NCBI GenBank assembly: GCA_039024555.1
Contig: JBCCQQ010000024.1
Location: 1-64,000 of the forward strand
DNA from: Cyanobacteria bacterium P01_D01_bin.156
Lineage (GTDB): Bacteria > Cyanobacteriota > Cyanobacteriia > Phormidesmidales > Phormidesmidaceae
DNA length: 64,000 nt
Direction: 5' to 3'
The notes under the pieces are model-generated. The model was not told where the DNA came from. It saw only the letters and a program-made list of their open reading frames with translations, and made no database searches. Positions 59,692 to 64,000 of the stretch are shown here, one piece after another (positions within the stretch are counted from its first letter, which is position 1; the number at the start of each line of letters is the position of its first letter). The position numbers and the translations under genes were made by a program.

Positions 59692-61437
59692 CTACCCCTC
59701 ATCCTGGGAGGGATCCCATTGACGAATCCGGAAGATCACAAATTCTGCAGGTCTCACTGGGCAAACGCCAATTTCGATAAACAACATTCCCAACTTCATG
59801 GTTTCAGGAGTGTTCAGCTCGCGATCGCACTTCACATAAAAGGCTTCCTCGGGGGTGCTACCAAACAAGGCTCCTTGTCGCCAGATCCGCTCCAAAAAGT
59901 TCTTGACCGTGCGGGTAACCCGTGCCCATAGATCCTCATCATTGGGTTCAAATACCGCCCATTGGGTTCCCTCTTCAATGGACTTGGCGATGTAGCTCAT
60001 CAGCCGTCGCACACTCACATAGCGCCAATCTGTATCATCCAGTTGGGCCAACGTGCGAGCGCCCCAGACCAGAGTGCCACGATTACGGAACTTACGAATG
60101 CAGTTGATGCCCTTAGGATTGAGCAGTTCCTGTTCACGGAAATTCGTATCATAGGCCAGACCTACCACACCACGAGGAATATCATTGGCAGGGGCCTTGT
60201 GGATACCGCGAGATTCATCTGTCCGACACCATAGGCCCATCATGTGACCACAGGGGGGAACAGCAATCGGTTTGCCCGAGTTTTTAGGGTTAGGGACCTG
60301 AACCCAGGGGTAGTAGAGCGCCCCAAACTGGCTCCGCCGCCCAAAGTGATCCATCAGCCAGGATTCCACATCCTGGGGTGTCTGTTGTTCTGGCCTAACG
60401 GGCTGAGAACTTTTACGAGGTTTAACGGGGGGCGGATCGATCACGGCCATGCGATAGGCCGGTCCAGGGGCCGATGTTTCACAACTTTGTAACATTGTTT
60501 CCATGACTCCGTGGACCTCAGGCAGCCCAAGTAGCCCTTTTTGATAAACCAGCATCAGATCTGGGCAAGCCACCATGGCTACATCATCAATCTCAAACAG
60601 CCCCTGGATACCCGTACGACGTTTTCGATTACCCGCCAACTCTTTATACCAGCGCTTTGTCCGATAGGGAACACGCCGTGGATTCACATCGAATACGCCA
60701 TTGCTGGGTCGTTTAGCCAGAGGCAGTCCATTTTCTGAGTCAATGGTGATATCCAGATACTCCTGTAACAGGACCCCCTCATCGGAGGCATCTTCTGGTT
60801 CAGAACGAGCGTTCATCAGATACACACCAGCAGAAAGATCCTCTTCTTCGACACCCTCAGGATTTTGCATGGTTAGGTGGCGAAATGTCTTTTCATCGCC
60901 GTTACCCGCACATACCTTTATCTTAAAAAATTCGCCACTGTTAAAGGGGTCCTCATCTGGATTATCTGAAGGTTGAGGTTCATCTGGTTCAATAAACACC
61001 CTGACCCGGCCTTCCTCTTCCCGTTCTGGTTTAACAGTAAACTCTAAGGATTTTTTACGCCCTGATGTGAGAATGGGCGTGGTGGGTAAGGCAATGTTGT
61101 CGTTATCTTCAATGGGGGCTGTATCGGCCAGGGGCAGCTGGGTTCCGAGGCTAATCACCCAACAGCGTCCACCACCATTGTCAAACCAACCCTTAACTGC
61201 AAACGGTAAATAAGCACCAAAATCTGTAAACCCGTCGGAACCCAATTTGGAAAAACTTTCTAGGTATTGGCTCCAATTAGTAATCAGCTGAGGCTGAAAA
61301 ATCTCAGCATCGCCACGAATATCTTCTGTAAAACCGACAAAACCAGCCACGCTCAAGCTCACACCTTGGATCGCCCGACTACCACTCGGGATCTCCTCAA
61401 CGTATACACCTGGGGCAAAATAATCGAGTCGAGCCAT
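59692..61437 (-). CDS. Contractile tail sheath protein
   Basis: YFAPGVYVEE..SG, ALYYPW, VPPCGH..G, RGIHKAPAN, LNP.GINCIR, WGARTL, WAVFEPN, PVRPAEFVIFRI. Confidence 0.95.
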   Translation of the reverse strand: MARLDYFAPGVYVEEIPSGSRAIQGVSLSVAGFVGFTEDIRGDAEIFQPQLITNWSQYLESFSKLGSDGFTDFGAYLPFAVKGWFDNGGGRCWVISLGTQLPLADTAPIEDNDNIALPTTPILTSGRKKSLEFTVKPEREEEGRVRVFIEPDEPQPSDNPDEDPFNSGEFFKIKVCAGNGDEKTFRHLTMQNPEGVEEEDLSAGVYLMNARSEPEDASDEGVLLQEYLDITIDSENGLPLAKRPSNGVFDVNPRRVPYRTKRWYKELAGNRKRRTGIQGLFEIDDVAMVACPDLMLVYQKGLLGLPEVHGVMETMLQSCETSAPGPAYRMAVIDPPPVKPRKSSQPVRPEQQTPQDVESWLMDHFGRRSQFGALYYPWVQVPNPKNSGKPIAVPPCGHMMGLWCRTDESRGIHKAPANDIPRGVVGLAYDTNFREQELLNPKGINCIRKFRNRGTLVWGARTLAQLDDTDWRYVSVRRLMSYIAKSIEEGTQWAVFEPNDEDLWARVTRTVKNFLERIWRQGALFGSTPEEAFYVKCDRELNTPETMKLGMLFIEIGVCPVRPAEFVIFRIRQWDPSQDEG

Positions 61438-61813
61438 AGCGCTATCCTTTGAGCTTATACCGCACGTAATGTTTTAACGGTGCTGAATCGGATTTTTCGC
61501 AGTTATTTGTAGTTATAAAATTTAGCGTTTCAGGTTCTTGGGATGATTTAGGTCTTTATTAATGACGGCACCTTGAAAAGTTTTATGGAGTGTTTCATCC
61601 TTTAGGCTGAAATTTAGATCGCATTTTAGTTAAAGGATTACGCAACTGCGAAAATTGCCTCACTCGGTCGTGGAACTAGTAAGAGCCCAATATTTAGCTC
61701 TCTCGTTACGAAATGATGTTTGTGCAATAGATAACGCCCCCTCTGGCACTATAGCAGTCTAGGATGGGCATCCTATTTGGGCTATTCAGAGGATAACGAT
61801 ACAAACTAGGATT

Positions 61814-62317
61814 ATGGTCTTGCCATCTAAACCATTTTTATCTGAACCAGATGCTGTTGTCGTTATGCCGACAGAATCATTACAACAAACGGCAAAAGAA
61901 TTCGCTCAGCAACATCCTACAAATGCCGAACGGATCTATCTCAACACCTTAGCTGTAGGCGTGGTTGATCAATATTTTAGGCTACTGGGCATTAAGACCA
62001 ACATTACCCAAGGCGATAGCTGGAACCCTGTACTGCGCATGGTTAATGATGTCGCTGACCTTGATTTGCCTGATTATGGTCGAGTGGAATGTCGTGTAAT
62101 CACAGCTAATGCCACTGACTGTTATGTTCCAGCAGATGTAAGCTGCGATCGCATTGCTTATGTTGTTGTACGTTTGGACCTAGATTCAGCAAAAATAGAA
62201 GCAGCTCTGTTAGGATTTGTAACCGAGGTAGAGAGTGAGTACATATCGCTTAGCCGTTTACGCGATTTATCCGAGATACCCCAACACCTCCAGAAGGCAT
62301 CAACACTTAACAATTAG
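61814..62317 (+). CDS. DUF1822 family protein (N-terminal domain only)
   Basis: YLNTLAV..V..Y, DSWNP, DVADL.LP..GRVECR, DRIAYVVV, LLGFV. Confidence 0.75.
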   Translation: MVLPSKPFLSEPDAVVVMPTESLQQTAKEFAQQHPTNAERIYLNTLAVGVVDQYFRLLGIKTNITQGDSWNPVLRMVNDVADLDLPDYGRVECRVITANATDCYVPADVSCDRIAYVVVRLDLDSAKIEAALLGFVTEVESEYISLSRLRDLSEIPQHLQKASTLNN

Positions 62318-62324
62318 ATGAGCC

Positions 62325-63071
62325 TCATCTAGCTGTACTAGGAGGCTGACGTTTTGTTTGGTTGTGGGCTTTACGCTGCTGTTTGGCCATGGCTCTGATG
62401 GAGCTAACGGCCAAGGCGGCGGTGTGTTCTATTTGGTTTGCGATCGCATCCAATTCATCAGCATTCTCTTGAAAGGTTTGACTTTGTCCTGTGGCAAAGT
62501 ACAGGTTATGAAGCCGTTCGGGAAAGGTTTCTAGCTGTATGTCTGTTTGGATGCCCAGAGCATCGAGGCTATCTTTAAGAACGTTAGCTTGGGCCTGGGC
62601 ACGTTCTAGGCCCTCTGGTTCAGGAGATATAGCTCCCTCGAATAGGCCATTGAGGGCATTGGCGATAGTCCAGAGATGTTTGAAGGATGTGGTGGATTTT
62701 GCTCGGATCTGTTCTGTGGATTGGTTGAGTAAGTCTTCTAGCTCTGAAAGGGCTGTAACAGGTCTGGTGTTGGCTGGTTCACTTTTTGGTTGGTCAGCTG
62801 TAGCTTGTGGAGAACGCCAGCGTTTAATGCCATCTAAAATGCCTGTTTTGGCTGAACCAAGGATTTGACCAAACTGTTCTTTTAGCCAAGCCTTGGCTTC
62901 TTCTCGACTAATTTCATATTCTGTTAAGGCAGCCTCATCAACAGTCTGCTGACGCCCTGTTGTTGTACGGAGCTGAAAGTCGCCAGCTGGAAGCTCGCAC
63001 TCATCAGGGATGAGAAAATAACGAGAACGTTCTGAATTAGACCAAACAGTTTTTAAAGCATTGGATCTCAT
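62325..63071 (-). CDS. Conserved hypothetical protein downstream of the nuclease gene
   Basis: 248-aa ORF starting 7 bp after the nuclease stop; WSN..R.RYFLIP....LP.GDF..RT.TGR N-terminus, helical C-terminus. Confidence 0.7.
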   Translation of the reverse strand: MRSNALKTVWSNSERSRYFLIPDECELPAGDFQLRTTTGRQQTVDEAALTEYEISREEAKAWLKEQFGQILGSAKTGILDGIKRWRSPQATADQPKSEPANTRPVTALSELEDLLNQSTEQIRAKSTTSFKHLWTIANALNGLFEGAISPEPEGLERAQAQANVLKDSLDALGIQTDIQLETFPERLHNLYFATGQSQTFQENADELDAIANQIEHTAALAVSSIRAMAKQQRKAHNQTKRQPPSTAR

Positions 63072-63078
63072 AATTCAT

Positions 63079-64000
63079 TTAACGATTTGGTAAACCGGTA
63101 CTAGCTGGAATAGGAATAAGTCTGTTATCAGGAGAATTTAATGGGTAAACATTAACAGAAAATCTTCTAGGAAGGAAAAGAAAACCTAATTGTTGAGTAA
63201 CATCACTTACCCGCTCACCAACGGAACTATTCATGGCTGTTTCTACAGCTTGAATAGTTAGATCTGTATTGTTTTTGGCAAGTCTGAAGAGGTTTTCTGC
63301 TGCATTAGGATCTACTGCCGTGAAGTTAGTATTCAGCCAATTTTGTAGCTGAGAAGTATTTCCCTCATAAATACATGAAATCGAATACCTAACCATATAT
63401 GGTGGAGGCCCAACAATATAGTTCGAGTACCTTTCGTCTATTAAATTTTTGTATAAAGGTTCTTCCCAAGTTCTAATTCCAGGTGACTTAGTTCGATTAG
63501 TGGTCTTTAACATGGGAGCAAAGTTCTTTGTATCCGTATTTGAGCCTCCAAGAGAAGCCGCGATTAAATGGCCCTTATCGTATCCATCTAAAATTGATAT
63601 TCCTGCAACTTCTGCTTGTGGGTTAGTTCCCGTAATAAACGGTCTAGATCTAACACTTAAAATGACCTCTGCAGAAGAAGAACGAGAATAGCTATCCTGA
63701 TCCCCGTAGCTGGGATTGTGTGCTGGAGGGAATCCTTCGAACTGCTCATCGTGTAAAGTTCGGATATTATACTTTTGCAGTAGATTATTTAAGCCTTGAA
63801 CAATTTTTTCTAGATCTCTCTCAATGGCAAGATCACGATTTCGGCTAGGTGGAATTGACTCATAGTGATTTTTAATGGGTATAAAGTCTTGTACCAGGTT
63901 GTAAAAGTCTGTATTAATTTGTTCTTCTAAATCTGTAGCCTCAAGCTGCTTATAATAATTGGCGCGCCCATTGCCAACCTCCATAATTGTTGCAAGCAGA
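63079..64000 (-). CDS. His-Me finger DNA/RNA non-specific endonuclease domain (5' end outside window)
   Basis: YDKGHLIAASLGGS....NFAPM....N motif; frame open to the window edge (L-L-A-T-I-M...); AT-rich. Confidence 0.8.
   Translation of the reverse strand, partial: LLATIMEVGNGRANYYKQLEATDLEEQINTDFYNLVQDFIPIKNHYESIPPSRNRDLAIERDLEKIVQGLNNLLQKYNIRTLHDEQFEGFPPAHNPSYGDQDSYSRSSSAEVILSVRSRPFITGTNPQAEVAGISILDGYDKGHLIAASLGGSNTDTKNFAPMLKTTNRTKSPGIRTWEEPLYKNLIDERYSNYIVGPPPYMVRYSISCIYEGNTSQLQNWLNTNFTAVDPNAAENLFRLAKNNTDLTIQAVETAMNSSVGERVSDVTQQLGFLFLPRRFSVNVYPLNSPDNRLIPIPASTGLPNR

Noticed and set aside
39482..61437. Prophage or T6SS interpretation of the tail genes
   Set aside because: No capsid, terminase, integrase or TssJLM/ClpV genes; Pvc16, Afp15-like ATPase and DUF4157 indicate eCIS.
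61749..61815. Possible MITE remnant starting CTATAGCAGTC upstream of DUF1822
   Set aside because: The right end is too degenerate and no target duplication is visible.

Overview
Cyanobacterial chromosomal window, based on many HIP1 octamers (GCGATCGC) and cyanobacterial-type genes; a filamentous Leptolyngbya-like host is my inference. The left part (1-26.5 kb) is mostly metabolic: DUF1028, asnB, MOSC, hisC, pcrA, lipoxygenase, desA, WecB/TagA glycosyltransferase, aldo/keto reductase, a GH10 gene split by one in-frame TAG, and a BMP-type ABC transporter. It also has a small AT-rich PIN-TA/Schlafen islet. The right part (26.7-64 kb) has an NB-ARC/WD40 protein and a near-complete extracellular contractile injection system (eCIS): sheath, three tube proteins, tube initiator, VgrG, PAAR, gp25, baseplate J, wedge, Pvc16 cap and AAA+ ATPase. 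Linked cargo includes two DUF4157 polymorphic toxins (RNase A-like tip with candidate immunity gene; papain-like Cys-His-Asp tip) and a His-Me nuclease tip running off the window edge. Highlights: (1) an ORF missing from the track (DUF6760-like, no start codon) appears to be reached by a programmed -1 frameshift from an eCIS tail-assembly chaperone, with a G_GAA_AAG shift site, a 3' hairpin and an upstream SD-like GGAG; (2) a pseudokinase-TM-periplasmic-binding protein embedded in the structural operon; (3) a sigma-like gene and a DUF1822 gene bracketing the cluster; (4) a 91-bp MITE family, one copy with a perfect 8-bp target duplication. All family calls come from motif recognition by eye, not database searches.
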